Of a stretch of 64,000 bases of DNA, positions 48,035 to 60,604 are shown one piece after another (the stretch's first letter is position 1; each line of letters begins with the position of its first letter). The DNA comes from Macrostomum lignano (taxonomy: Eukaryota): contig NIVC01001502.1 in the NCBI GenBank assembly GCA_002269645.1, forward strand, positions 64,043 to 128,042. Reading direction: 5' to 3'. The notes under the pieces were generated by a model, which had not been told where the DNA came from, did not search any database, and was given only the letters and a program-made list of their open reading frames with translations. The position numbers were made by a program, and so were the translations under genes.

Positions 48035-48975
48035 AGTCCTCACCCATACTTTGAGAGTCCTCACCCATACTATGAGAGTCCTCACCCATACTATGAGAGT
48101 CCTCACCCATACTATGAGAATCCTCACCCATACTATGAGCATACATGCGCAACAGTCGGCCGAGTCGGCCGATCCGGCCGACCGATTTGGCGGCCAACCA
48201 AGGTAAGTCGCAAAAATGCCCACCCGAAAGAATCATACGTAGTACTAATTAGATGACGAGGCATTTAGCCCTTATAAGACAGTCATAGTTACTCCTGCCG
48301 TTTACCCAAAATTGCGTTAATTTTGCTCAAGGGTTTCTTTTACAGGTAAGTCGCATTTTTGGCCAAAAACTACGTCGCATTTTTTGTTAAAACTAAGTCG
48401 CACGGCCGACCGAATTTTGGAGGTTGCGCATGTATGACTATGAGAGTCCTCACCCATACTTTAAGAATCCTCACCCATACTTTAAGAATCCTCACCCATA
48501 CCATGAGAGTTCCTCACCCATACTTTAAGAATCCTCACCCATACTATGAGAGTTCCTCACCCATACTATGAGAGTTCTTCACCCATACTTTAAGAATCCT
48601 CACCCATACTTTAAGAATCCTCACCCATACTTTAAGAATCCTCACCCATACTATGAGAGTCCTCACCCATACTTTAAGAATCCTCACCCATACTTTAAGA
48701 ATCCTCACCCATACTATGAGAGTCCTCACCCATACTTTAAGAATCCTCACCCATACTTTAAGAATCCTCACCCATACTTTAAGAATCCTCACCCATACTA
48801 TGAGAGTCCTCACCCATACTTTAAGAATCCTCACCCATACTTTAAGAGTCCTCACCCATACTATGAGAGTCCTCACCCGTACTTTAAGAATCCTCACCCA
48901 TACTTTAAGAATCCTCACCCATACTATGAGAGTCCTCACCCATACTATGGGAATCCTCACCCATACTATGAGTCC
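48035..48975. repeat. 21-bp minisatellite interrupted by a MITE
   Basis: CTCACCCATACTATGAGAGTC / CTCACCCATACTTTAAGAATC. Confidence 0.94.
48140..48436. mobile_element. Non-autonomous DNA transposon (MITE), hAT/P-type
   Basis: 14-bp perfect TIRs CATACATGCGCAAC (48140-48153) / GTTGCGCATGTATG (48423-48436); 8-bp TSD ACTATGAG (48132-48139, 48437-48444); repeated subterminal TCGGCCG and TAAGTCGCA. Confidence 0.85.
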
Positions 48976-49959
48976 TCACATCTGATTTTTTCTCGCTCTG
49001 ACTCTGAGATTGTGAATATTGCTTTCAGGGAATCAAATGTATTTCATGAATTACGTTTTTTCTCCTTTTTTACATAAAAAAAATACAACACTCCATACTC
49101 GTTCGTATTAATAATATAGCTGGTCATTTTATAATCTATAGTATAGAAATGGCTTACTTACCAGTAAAAGACTGCGTATAACTGACGCCGCTGTGTGCGC
49201 GTGCTTCAGGCTCTCGAGACAAGCTTAGCTTACACAGAGTTGGTGTCTGTCTCACTCTCAGAAAGATTTTTCTTCTTTAAACTAAATGCCGTTGGCCTCT
49301 AAACTCGGATCCAGCTAGCTGCTAAACTAAATAATTTAATTTATTCCACCAGCCCAAAGCCAACCAACCCCATTTTAGTTTACTCCAGTCGTCCAGTGGG
49401 TGATGGGTTTACTGAGCTAGACCAGTTGGCACTGTGGCTCTGGGAATGTACATTCCTGCTTCGTCACCCCTCGGACCCCAAACCCTAACCCCCAAAACCC
49501 TCCTTCCAATTCCAAATAGATTGCCAACCTATATAGAAATGATGTACATTTCAATTTAAGTAGAGTACGTTAGAGAGCTGCTAAAAATAGATCAGACCAT
49601 TTCACCCCTATTGCGCACAATGCGTTTGTTTTTCCTGCCCATATCTTTTCAGCTTTAAGTTAAGGAAACATTTTAAAATAATTAATGCTCTTAAATCTTC
49701 AATGCATGAAATTTATTGAAAAGTGATCTAAAAGTGATATAACTCAGCAACATTGAAAACCGCGCACCTTAGACCCAGTGCCGAAGGCTCTGGCTATTTC
49801 TCTAGTAGGGTGGAGGGCACTGGCGGTTTTGAATGTAGCTGAGTAAATAACTGCTTGTAAATGGAAGACCACAGGAGTTCCTAAGCCTAATCTAATTAGA
49901 CTAGAGTAAAAATAAAAACTTCACAGCTTTAAGCATGACGAGCAATTAAAATAGGAGTG

Positions 49960-50160
49960 CCCAATCGGAGTTAGTGTCCCCAATCAGAGTGAGGATCGTG
50001 CCCAATATCTGAGTGAGGATCGTGCCCAATATCTGAGTGAGGAGTGCCCAATATCCAAGTGAGGAGTGCCCAATATCTGAGTGAGGAGTGCATAATATCT
50101 GAGTGAGGAGTGCCCAATATCCGAGTGAGGAGTGCCCAATATCTGAGTGAGGAGTGCCCA
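49960..50160. repeat. 22-bp minisatellite
   Basis: GTGAGGAGTGCCCAATATCTGA. Confidence 0.9.
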
Positions 50161-50202
50161 ATTTGACTACTGAAAAGCCAAATAAAGACCGCGCCATCTC
50201 AC

Positions 50203-50572
50203 CGTCGCTGTCCGCAGCCTCAGGCGGCAGGGCGATCCGCACCTCCTTTCTCTGCTTAGTTTTGGTGGGTGCACCTGCGACCGGCTGAGCTGCCTGCGTC
50301 GCATCAGGAGCTGCTCCATCTGCACCATCAGCTGACTGCAAACGGCGTGCCACAGTGATGACCACCTGACCAGACATTGATCGCAGCTTCTCCAGTGCTT
50401 CATCATAGGTAGCCTCGGCAAGCAGGAACTCGTTGGCTTTGATGAGCCGGTCTCCAGTTCTGAGGGAGCCCTCGGCAGCGGCGGGACCCTTCTCGGTGAT
50501 GTGCTTCACGTATATGCCGGGCTCATTGTCTGCGTTGCTCTCCATGATAGCGAAGCCAAGGCCCTGCTTGCC
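50203..50572 (-). CDS. MPDZ: MPDZ-like exon (PDZ9-like)
   Basis: GKQGLGFAIMESNADNEPGIYVKHITEKGPAAAEGSLRTGDRL...; donor G|GTGAGA, phase 1, compatible with the 46803 acceptor. Confidence 0.88.
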
Positions 50573-50724
50573 CTGCTCAAGGGGATGAGGTAATGATCGA
50601 AGGTGTTTGTTCCTGTGACAGCTTCTCTCCCAGCACTGTCAACGAAATTGCCTGCAAAACTGTACCGAATCACAACAAAAACGTAAGAAGCCCTGAAATC
50701 ATCCTTAATATGAGAGTAAAAGTG

Positions 50725-51470
50725 TACGTCCCAATAACCATCCCTAAATACGTCCCAATAACCATCCCTAAATACGTCCCAATAACCATCCCTAAATACG
50801 TCCCAATAACCATCCCTAAATACGTCCTAATAACCATCCCTAAATACGTCCCAATAACCATCCCTAAATACGTCCCAATAACCATCCCTAAATACGTCCC
50901 AATAACCATCCCTAAATGCGTCCCAATAACCATCCCTAAATACGTCCCAATAACCATCCCTAATACGTCCCAATAACCATCCCTAAATACGTCTCAATAA
51001 CCATCCCTAATGCGTCCCAATAACCATCCCTAAATACGTCCCAATAACCATCCCTAAATACGTCCCAATAACCATCCCTAATGCGTCCCAATAACCATCC
51101 CTAAATACGTCCCAATAACCATCCTAATGCGTCCCATAATAACCATCCTAACCATCCCTTAATACGTCCCAATAACCATCCAAATACGTCCCAATAACCA
51201 TCCCTAATACGTCAAAGATAGTCATTCCAAACACGTCCTAATAACCATCCCTAATAAATCAAAAATAGCCATTCCAAATACGTCCCAATAACCATCCAAA
51301 TACGTCCCAATAACCATCCCTAATACGTCAAAGATAGTCATTCCAAACACGTCCTAATAACCATCCCTAATAAATCAAAAATAGCCATTCCAAATACGTC
51401 CCAATAACCATTCCTAATACGTCCCAATAGCCATACCTAATGCGTCCCAATAACCATCCTAAATAAGCCT
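50725..51470. repeat. 24-bp minisatellite
   Basis: TACGTCCCAATAACCATCCCTAAA. Confidence 0.93.
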
Positions 51471-51723
51471 TAATACTATTGTATTCCCAACGAATGCAAA
51501 GTAAATTCTTATTTTATATCTATGGCTCAGCCATGGTTAAATATACAGACAAGTGAGTCGCAGCCCCAGAGGCTGATCATTATCTTCTTAGACAAGAGCG
51601 AGTGCACCAACAATACAACAAATACCACCTCAAAATCGGCCCTAATGCCGCCCGAAAACCGCCATTAGTTCGCTTATCTATACTACTCCAAAACCGCCCC
51701 TGCAGTACCGCACTCATACTCAC

Positions 51724-51957
51724 CTTAACCAGAGTACAGGTGATTTCAATCCCATACTTTCCAACCGAGTCAACGGTCTTTGAGTCATCAGCTGACTGCG
51801 CCGCAGCGGTGGCATCTTCGGCAACTTTAACGGTAACTCCGTTTCCCGTAGGCTGCTCTGTTACAGCGGCCGGAGTTTGGGCTTCTCCTTCGTTTGCCGA
51901 TTTTAAACTGTCGGACTCTGCGATGGGTCCAGCTGAATTGCCAGTTGTTATTGTCGT
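51724..51957 (-). CDS. MPDZ: MPDZ-like linker exon
   Basis: ctccag|ACG...YGIEITCTLVK|GTGAGT; phase 0-0; joins in frame to GKQGLGF. Confidence 0.8.
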
Positions 51958-52089
51958 CTGGAGGAGGTTGGGGTTGGCGCCACGAATGAGGTGGCTATGC
52001 AATTTTGGAATGAGGGAAAGGGGTTTGGGGTTTGAATAAACTTCTGGACAGCCAATCAGGAATGAAGATTTCCATATACAATGGAGATG

Positions 52090-52235
52090 AAGTCGGGAAT
52101 GCGGATTTGATTCAGGAATGAGGATTTGAGTTAGGAATGAGGATTTGAGTCAGGAATCAGGGTTTGAGTCAGGAATGAGGATTTAAGTCAAGAATGAGGA
52201 TTTGAGTCAGGAATGAGGATTTGAGTCAGGAATAA
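52090..52235. repeat. 19-bp minisatellite
   Basis: GAGTCAGGAATGAGGATTT. Confidence 0.85.
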
Positions 52236-52277
52236 GAACTCAACTTGCAGAACAAAGACAGATCACTTCAGACTCAC

Positions 52278-52454
52278 ATTGCTATCTTCTGCATCAAGCG
52301 GCAGACTGTGCGGCGGCTGCAGCGGCTTCACAGCCATTGAAGCTATCGAATCCGACCGCCTGGCAACCACCAGCTTGACGATTCGGCCGCCGCATTCCGC
52401 AATCACCGGGGCCGCGTTTAGGTGCGACTTGCCTTGCAATGACTGGCCGTTCAC
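52278..52454 (-). CDS. MPDZ: MPDZ-like exon (PDZ8-like end)
   Basis: VNGQSLQGKSHLNAAPVIAECGGRIVKLVVARRSDSIASMAVKP; phase 0-0. Confidence 0.91.
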
Positions 52455-52531
52455 CTGAGCAAGGATTGAAATTACTGTATGAAATCTTGCTCACTACTTA
52501 CAGTAGCAAACACTGACTATTAAATTTGACG

Positions 52532-53161
<630 letters not shown>

Positions 53162-53358
53162 CTCGAGCAGTTCGTCGCCCACTTTGAGCCGGCCATCAGC
53201 CGCCGCAGCTCCATCTGGCCGGATGCCGCAGACGAAAACGGACATCTGTCCGGGATCCCGATGGCCGGACAGTGCGAGGCCCAGGTTGTGCCTGCCGCTT
53301 TTCTCTATGGCCAACAGACAGACTGACAGATAACCCGGATACTTGATTGACAGGTGCT
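53162..53358 (-). CDS. MPDZ: MPDZ-like exon (PDZ8-like start)
   Basis: IEKSGRHNLGLALSGHRDPGQMSVFVCGIRPDGAAAADGRLKVGDELLE; phase 1-0; donor GTTAGT. Confidence 0.92.
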
Positions 53359-53449
53359 CTGCGAAATGATTTATAAGTTTAGTATGAGTTTTTCAGTATT
53401 TCTAAATAGTTTTAAGGGTTTCCTGATGACACTAAAAATCGGTACTCAC

Positions 53450-53534
53450 TGTCGGGATCAGCCAGAGGGTAACCGAACTCGTCATCGCCTGATACTGTTG
53501 CGGGGACCGAGTTCGAATTCGAATGGCGGGTTTC
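53450..53534 (-). CDS. MPDZ: MPDZ-like exon carrying the DEFGY motif
   Basis: ttccag|GAA...GDDEFGYPLADPD|GTGAGT; DEFGY precedes PDZ8 in MPDZ; phase 0-1. Confidence 0.85.
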
Positions 53535-53684
53535 CTGGAAATCGAATGATTTTGTTAAAGTACATGTACTTAGGAAAATGCTTCGTTCGACCAACAAGTA
53601 CAATATAACTTGTACGAGTATAGGGTGCAGTGTACCTGATGGAAGAACCTTAGGTCTTATTACTTTTCATTCGGGTTTCAGAAA

Positions 53685-54185
53685 AGATTGTGTCAGATTG
53701 AAGATTGTGTCAGGTTGGAGGTTGTGTTAGGCTGGAGGTTGTGTCAGGTTGGAGGTTGTGTCAGATTGGAGGTTGTGTCAGATTGGAGGTTGTGTCAGAT
53801 TAGGGGATTGTGTCAGATTGGAGGTTGTGTCAGATTAGGGGATTGTGTCAGATTGGAGGTTGTGTCAGATTGGAGGTTGTGTCAGATTGGAGGTTGTGTC
53901 AGATTGGAGGTTGTGTCAGATTGGAGGTTGTGTCAGGTTGGAGGTTGTGTCAGATTGGAGGTTGTGTCAGATTGGAGGTTGTGTCAAATTGGAGGTCATG
54001 TCAGATTGGAGGTTGTGTCGGATTGGAGGTTGTGTCAGATTGGAGGTTGTGTCAGATTGGAGGTTGTGTCAGGTTGGAGTTGTGTCAGATTGGAGGTTGT
54101 GTCAGATTGGAGGTTGTGTCAGGTTGGAGTTGTGTCAGACTAGAAGTTGTGTCAGATTGGAGGTTGTGTCAGGTTGGGGGACTGT
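53685..54185. repeat. 17-bp minisatellite
   Basis: GTGTCAGATTGGAGGTT. Confidence 0.93.
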
Positions 54186-54734
54186 ATCAGATGTTATCCA
54201 CGAGTCCCAAATAACTGTATGAGAAATGGCAAGCATGATAGAAGTGCAGAACTACATAGGAACAAATATCAGTGTCTTCGAGTTTGGACCAACGAATTCC
54301 CCTTAGTACGGAGAAAAAATTTTAAAAAAGCAAATGATTTGCTTTCTAAACCAAGCTAGACGACCTTCCTGCTGAAAGAGAACGGAGGGGGCGTTGGTCC
54401 GTGAGGGCAGATCGGCAACACTGACGAGTCCGCGGTAGGGAGGAACCTCGCCGCCTCCGGACAGATTCGATGACATTTTTGTTTGCTCATCGGGTTTGCT
54501 CTGGCCCTCTCTGGGGCTCCCATTCCCCACGTCATCTCACTCAGGCTCAGGCCAGTCCAGAGTGGCGATAGCTACGGAACTGAAGTGAAAGTGCAGACGG
54601 AGGAGAGCTGTGGAGCGTGTGCCATGGAAACTAGAGAAATCGCCAGTTTGCGTTTGGGTGGAGATTAAGCTATGGAAGTGTGTCTGCCGGTTCGAGCAAA
54701 ACAAGGCTGAATTTTGTTGAAATTCGATACCTTG

Positions 54735-55495
54735 TGGGGGTGGGGGCAGCAAGTGGCTCACCGAAGGATCAGGGAGGGGCAGCAAGTGGCTCACTGAAGG
54801 ATCAGGGAGGGGCAGCAAGTGGCTCACTGAAGGATCAGGGAGGGGCAGCAAGTGGCTCACTGAAGGATCAGGGAGGGGGTAGCAAGTGACTCACTGAAGG
54901 ATCAGGGAGGGGCAGCAAGTGGCTCACTGAAGGATCAGGGAGGGGGTAGCAGGTGACTCACTGAAGGATCAGGGAGGAGCAGCAGGTGGCTCACTGAAGG
55001 ATCAGGGAGGGGCAGCAAGCAGCTCACTGAAGGATCAGGGAGGAGCAGCAAGCGGCTCACTGAAGGATCAGGGAGGAGCAGCAGGTGGCTCACTGAAGGA
55101 TCAGGGAGGGGCAGCAAGCGGCTCACTGAAGGATCAGGGAGGAGCAGCAAGCGGCTCACTGAAGGATCAGGGAGGAGCAGCAAGTGGCTCACTGAAGGAT
55201 CAGGGAGGAGCAGCAAGTGGCTCACTGAAGGATCAGGGAGGGGCAGCAAGTGGCTCACTGAAGGATCAGGGAGGGGCAGCAAGTGGCTCACTGAAGGATC
55301 AGGGAGGGGCAGCAAGTGGCTCACTGAAGGATCAGGGAGGGGCAGCAAGTGGCTCACTGAAGGATCAGGGAGGGGCAGCAAGTGGCTCACTGAAGGATCA
55401 GGGAGGGGGTAGCAAGTGGCTCACCGAAGGATCAGGGAGGGGGCAGCAAGTGGCTCACTGAAGGATCAGGGAGGGGGTAGCAAGTGGCTCACCGA
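54735..55495. repeat. 33-bp minisatellite
   Basis: CAGCAAGTGGCTCACTGAAGGATCAGGGAGGGG. Confidence 0.94.
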
Positions 55496-56121
55496 AGCAC
55501 CAAAAGGGTGAAGCGTCACTCGGAAAGCAATCAATGGCAGCAGTGGGAGGTTAAAGGCTTGTTAATATAAAATTATAAAGGCAGGCCAACAAATCTGTTG
55601 ACAGCCAGACTGATTAACGAATGGTTGTGATGAGTTTTCCTGTCAAGATGAGAATTAATATTTTGCACGGCGCTGTTTATCAATATTTCAAGATTGATGG
55701 TGGAGTCGCTGAGGAGCTCAACAGGCTCGGGATTTTTTTCCTCTTTGTCCCAGTTACTTGACAGACTAATTTGGCACTATTATTAAAAACTGAGCTCCCC
55801 GTGACGTGAGAAAGATTGGGATTAGAAAGAGAGTGAAAGTCAATTTCATTCTTTTATAAGTTCAACTCGATTTTGGGAGTTTTTGGAGGGTAATCCTTGC
55901 TGATTCGCCTGAACGAGCATTGTTGAACCTGTAGCTAAAGATGGAAAGGTCTCTCAACTGTTCAGAACTTTCTTAGCTTGAGTTCTCCCTTAGTTTGGAT
56001 TGGGAAATGCCTGTCTGTGAGTCTGGGAGCTGGGAGCTGGGAGAGCTGGTGCCTGCATGCGTGTCAGTTCGTCTCCACGGCACATGCTTGCAGAGTGGGA
56101 TATCAATCACTACAGCCTCAC

Positions 56122-56154
56122 CGTCTCGACCCCTGCTGCAGCGTCATCATCACT

Positions 56155-56190
<36 letters not shown>

Positions 56191-56313
56191 GGAATCAGCA
56201 GAATCCTCAGTGGTAGCAGCAGCAGCAGCCACCCTACCATCGGGTTCGTCACCACCAGGAGACAGAGCCACCGCCCCAGTCAGGTAGGCGGTGCCCCGGC
56301 TAAACAGAAGCCG
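56122..56313 (-). CDS. MPDZ: Probable MPDZ-like low-complexity linker exon (poly-Ala)
   Basis: Donor ACG|GTGAGG phase 0; acceptor taken as cttgcag (phase 0) but uncertain. Confidence 0.5.
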
Positions 56314-56974
56314 CTGCAAGCTGCGGCAGATGCAGCACCTGCGACACGTCATAATTCTCTGAACTTCTCAACTGCTGGCCTTCCGTGAGCACTGCTCCAG
56401 CTCTTGTCTAGCGAGGACCGATCGCGGGTCACATTTTTAGAGAACTGACTCGCTTCCTCCTCTTCCTCCATCCTCATCGTTTGTCTGTCCCCTCATCCCC
56501 GGTTTGTTTTGCGATTCTGAGCTCGGGTCCCGTCTCGCACTCTCTCCTGCTCGTCTCTGACTGGCTCCCAGACCCAGCCTCATCCGGGCATTAGCAAATT
56601 TCTTTCCCCAGCTTACCCCCCTTGCTTTTCCTCCGCTCTTTCCCCATCCTTCTCTGCTTTTCCTGCTCCTCCAGTTTTGCAGAGGCGATTCTTTCAAGAC
56701 TAAGGCGGGGATTATCGTGCATCGAAGTTGCGAGCAATGAATTCTGATTGCTGAGACTGGCTGGGTTTGGGCTATACATCTGCATATACTCTGTTGCACT
56801 AAATAAAAAGACGTGTGAATCATCCCGTGTTGAATACGAGTGTGGGGGGGGGCTGTGGTTGCGGGTGCACAATGGATACATAGAAATGCGATGACTTGAA
56901 ACTGTTCTGATTTTAAATCTGCCCCTAAGCTGTGAGGTCTGTACATGTACAGCTAGCTTAGGCATTTTATATTT

Positions 56975-57195
56975 CCTCTCCCCTCTCCCTCCCCTCTCTC
57001 TCCTCTCTCCTCTTTCCCCTCTCCCTCTCCTCTCCTTCTTATCTCCCCCCTCTAATCTCTCCCTCTCCCTCTAATCTCTCCCTCTCCCTCTTATCACTCC
57101 CCACTCCCTCTTATCTCTCCCTCTCTCTCTTATCTCTCCCTCTCCCTCTTATCACTCCCCACTCCCTCTTATCTCTCCCCCTCTTTCTTTCTTGT
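56975..57195. repeat. CT-rich low-complexity tract
   Basis: TCTCCCTCTCCCTCT(T/A) repeats. Confidence 0.85.
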
Positions 57196-57679
57196 ACAAC
57201 TACTCCTATCCCTCACTCTGTTTTGTTTCTTTCCCGCCTCTCACCCAACGTCATTCCCTACACCTCCCTATTGGCACAGTTAATCTCCATAAATAACTAA
57301 TTAATTATATATCTGCACAATGGCAGTGGATATTGCGTTCACTTAGAAACCCCCTGACTCAACCAGAGTGCTTAAAGCCCAGTTATTCGCCTCGCTCCTC
57401 ACGTGCATCCTTTTTGGGGCCGGGCAATTTGTACCGAGCCAAATATTTATTAATCCCCCTTCCGAACAATCAGCACCTGGTCCATTAGCGCAGATAGATA
57501 GACACTGTTTCTAATTTTAGAAGCAGAAAACACTAATGAGATCTTTATACCTGCGAATTAATATGATCTGCCGTAAGCAACCGCAATTGGCTGCTGCTTG
57601 TCAGGTCAGATTAATACAACTAAACCGATCCAGGGGAGAACTGCTATTCGCTTCCAGGAAACTGCTCTTGGCCATAGAC

Positions 57680-58470
57680 AATAAAGCCAGTCAAGCTGAT
57701 AAAAAGCCAGTCAAGCTGATAAACAGCCAGTCAAGCTGATAAACTGCCAGTCAAGCTGATAAAAGCCAGACAAGCTGATAAAAAGCCAGTCAAGCTAATA
57801 AAAAGCCAGTCAAGCTAATAAAAAGCCAGTCAAGCTAATAAAAAGCCAGTCAAGCTAATAAATGCCAGTCAAGCTAATAAATGCCAGTCAAGCTAATAAA
57901 AAGCCAGTCAAGCTGATAAAAAGCCAGTCAAGCTGATAAACTGCCAGTCAAGCTGATAAACTGCCAGTCAAGCTGATAAACTGCCAGTCAAGCTGATAAA
58001 AAGCCAGTCAAGCTGATAAAAAGCCAGACAAGCTGATAAAAAGCCAGACAAGCTGATAAAAAGCCAGTCAAGCTGATAAAAAGCCAGACAAGCTGATAAA
58101 AAGCCAGTCAAGCTGATAAAAAGCCAGTCAAGCTGATAAACTGCCAGTCAAGCTAATAAAAAGCCAGTCAAGCTGATAAACTGCCAGTCAAGCTGATGAA
58201 AAGCCAGTCAAGCTGATAAACTGCCAGTCAAGCTAATAAAAAGCCAGTCAAGCTGATAAAAAGCCAGTCAAGCTGATAAACTGCCAGTCAAGCTAATAAA
58301 CAGCCAGTCAAGCTGATAAAAAGCCAGTCAAGCTGATAAAAAGCCAGACAAGCTGATAAAAAGCCAGTCAAGCTGATAAACTGCCAGTCAAGCTAATAAA
58401 AAGCCAGTCAAGCTGATAAAAAGCCAGTCAAGCTGATAAACAGCCAGTCAAGCTGATAAACAGCCAGTCA
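57680..58470. repeat. 20-bp minisatellite
   Basis: AAAGCCAGTCAAGCTGATAA. Confidence 0.95.
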
Positions 58471-58864
58471 GGTTTGCTGTGGTAAACTTTAATCCTCTAT
58501 GTAGTTGCCATAGCGACGCGAAATCAGTTTATCTGATTATGCATTTTCACGAGGCAGTTTAATGCACCGCTAACAGCAGTTCTTAAGCGACTACTAACTA
58601 GGAACGTAGATTCCAATCGCGTGCAGTCTTCATTTTCCCCTCAGACAACCCGAATTTCGATCGATAAAGGAAAATTTCTAAGGGAAATCTGCTCCCTTCC
58701 TGCTGGAGAAGAATTCGAGATGACACGCAAAATACAGAATTAGAAAATTGCTTGTTGAGGAACACGTGAGGTTAAGCTGCTGCATATAGGTTCAATTGTA
58801 GATCGTACTTCTAGCTTCTTTAAGTAATATTTTATAGGTTGTAACTATCCTAACCTTTTTTTAG

Positions 58865-59435
58865 GATGTCATCCTGACACCCTGCCATCCTGCCATCTTG
58901 ACATCCTGACATCCTGACATCCTGACACCCTGCCATCCTGACACCCTGCCATCCTGACACCCTGCCATCCTGACACCCTTCCATCCTCACATCCTGACAT
59001 CCTGACATCCTGGCACCAGCTGCCATCCTGACACCCTGGCATCCTGACACCCTGTCATCCTGACACCCTGTCATCCTGACATCCTGCCATCTTTACACCC
59101 TGCCATCTTGACACCCTGCCATCTTGACACCTCGCCATCTTGACATCCTGCCATCCTGACATCCTGACATCCTGACATCCTGACATCCTGACATCCTGGC
59201 ACCCTGCCATCCTCACACCCTGGCATCCTGACACCCTGGCATCCTGACACCCTGTCATCCTGACATCCTGCCATCTTTACACCCTACCATCTTGACACCC
59301 TGCCATCTTGACACCCTGCCATCCTCACACCCTGCCATCCTGCCATCCTGACATGTCATCCTGATATGCCATACTTCCATATCCTGACATTCTGACATCC
59401 TGCCATCCTGACATTCTGACATCCTGACATCCTGC
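58865..59435. repeat. 8-bp-based degenerate minisatellite
   Basis: CATCCTGA / CACCCTGC subunits. Confidence 0.9.
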
Positions 59436-59460
59436 CACTGTATTTGAACTGCTCACTCAC

Positions 59461-59595
59461 CGCACTGTCCAGCGTCCCAGCTGTTGCCGGATTTCCGTCC
59501 GTAGCTTCATCCGCACCGACGTCCCAGGCGGGCACTTCGGCTATGGGTGGCTCGGGTGTCAGCGCCGGCCTGCTGCTCGATTCGGAGTCGCTGGG
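59461..59595 (-). CDS. MPDZ: Probable MPDZ-like linker exon (most 5' exon found; gene continues beyond the window)
   Basis: ttctctcag|CCC...GCG|GTGAGT; 135 bp open, phase 0-0; PSDSESSSRPALTPEPPIAEVPAWDVG. Confidence 0.6.
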
Positions 59596-59659
59596 CTGAG
59601 AGAAATTGGGTTTGATTTTTTGTTTATCTTAACGTCTTTGGCGTTGATTTGACAGTTTG

Positions 59660-60170
59660 TGTTTATTGGGTGTCAGTTAGGGTTGGGTGTCAATTGGGGT
59701 TGGGTGTCAGTTAGGGTTGGGTGTCAGTTGCTGTTGGGTGTCAGTTGCTGTTGGGTGTCAGTTAGGGTTGGGTGTCAGTTGCTGTTGGGTGTCAGTTGGG
59801 GTTGGTGTCAGTTGCTGTTGGGTGTCAGTTGGGGTTGGGTGTCAGTTAGGGTTGGGTATCAGTTAGGGTTGGGTATCAGTTGGGGTTGGGTGTCAGTTGC
59901 TGTTGAGTGTCAGTTGGGGTTGGGTATCAGTTGGGGTTGGGTGTCAGTTGCTGTTGGGTGTCAGTTGGGGTTGGGTGTCAGTTGCTGTTGGGTGTCAGTT
60001 GGGGTTGGGTGTCAGTTGGGGTTGGGTGTCAGTTAGGGTTGGGTATCAGTTGGGGTTGGGTGTCAGTTGCTGTTGGGTGTCAGTTAGGGTTGGGTGTCAG
60101 TTGGGGTTGGGTGTCAGTTGGGGTTGGGTGTCAGTTGGGGTTGGGTGTCAGTTGGGGTTAGGTGTTGTTT
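59660..60170. repeat. 17-bp G/T-rich minisatellite
   Basis: GGGTGTCAGTTGGGGTT with TTAGGG- and TTGCTG-containing variants. Confidence 0.92.
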
Positions 60171-60604
60171 GGTGTCAGCTATGGTTAAGTAGCGTTTTTG
60201 GAGGTTTTTCCTAAATATTTCCTTTACGTGCACGAAAAGGTACAGAAAAGTACATTGTGAGCTGTCGCTAAATTATATGACGTCACAAAAAGCTCAATAA
60301 ATAGTTGACAGGTAAAATAAAGAAGATTTAAGCATTAATAGTTTGACAAAAATGTAATAAAAATTCATATAAGTACGCAGCTCTATAGTCAGGATGCGAC
60401 ACAGATATTCAGTTAGGCTATCAGTATAAGCGATAGAAAAAACTGGAATTATATGAATACGCGTGTGTTGCAATCCCACATTTTTTCAGATAGAAGCATA
60501 TGTAAGCATCTACCAGTGCCTCAGTACTCAATGGGTTATTCTAATAAATGATTGATAGCCTGAAGCAAGAATTTCTGCTCTAGTTCTATGTACGATTGCA
60601 GTCA

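Noticed and set aside
54303-54670. GC-rich segment that looks like an extra MPDZ exon
   Set aside because: Each - strand frame has a stop or lacks compatible phase-0 splice sites; exon 56122 can join 53534 directly. RNA-seq needed.
56353-56965. Charged ORFs upstream of the poly-Ala exon
   Set aside because: No single frame is continuous with the 56122-56313 exon and there is no domain similarity.
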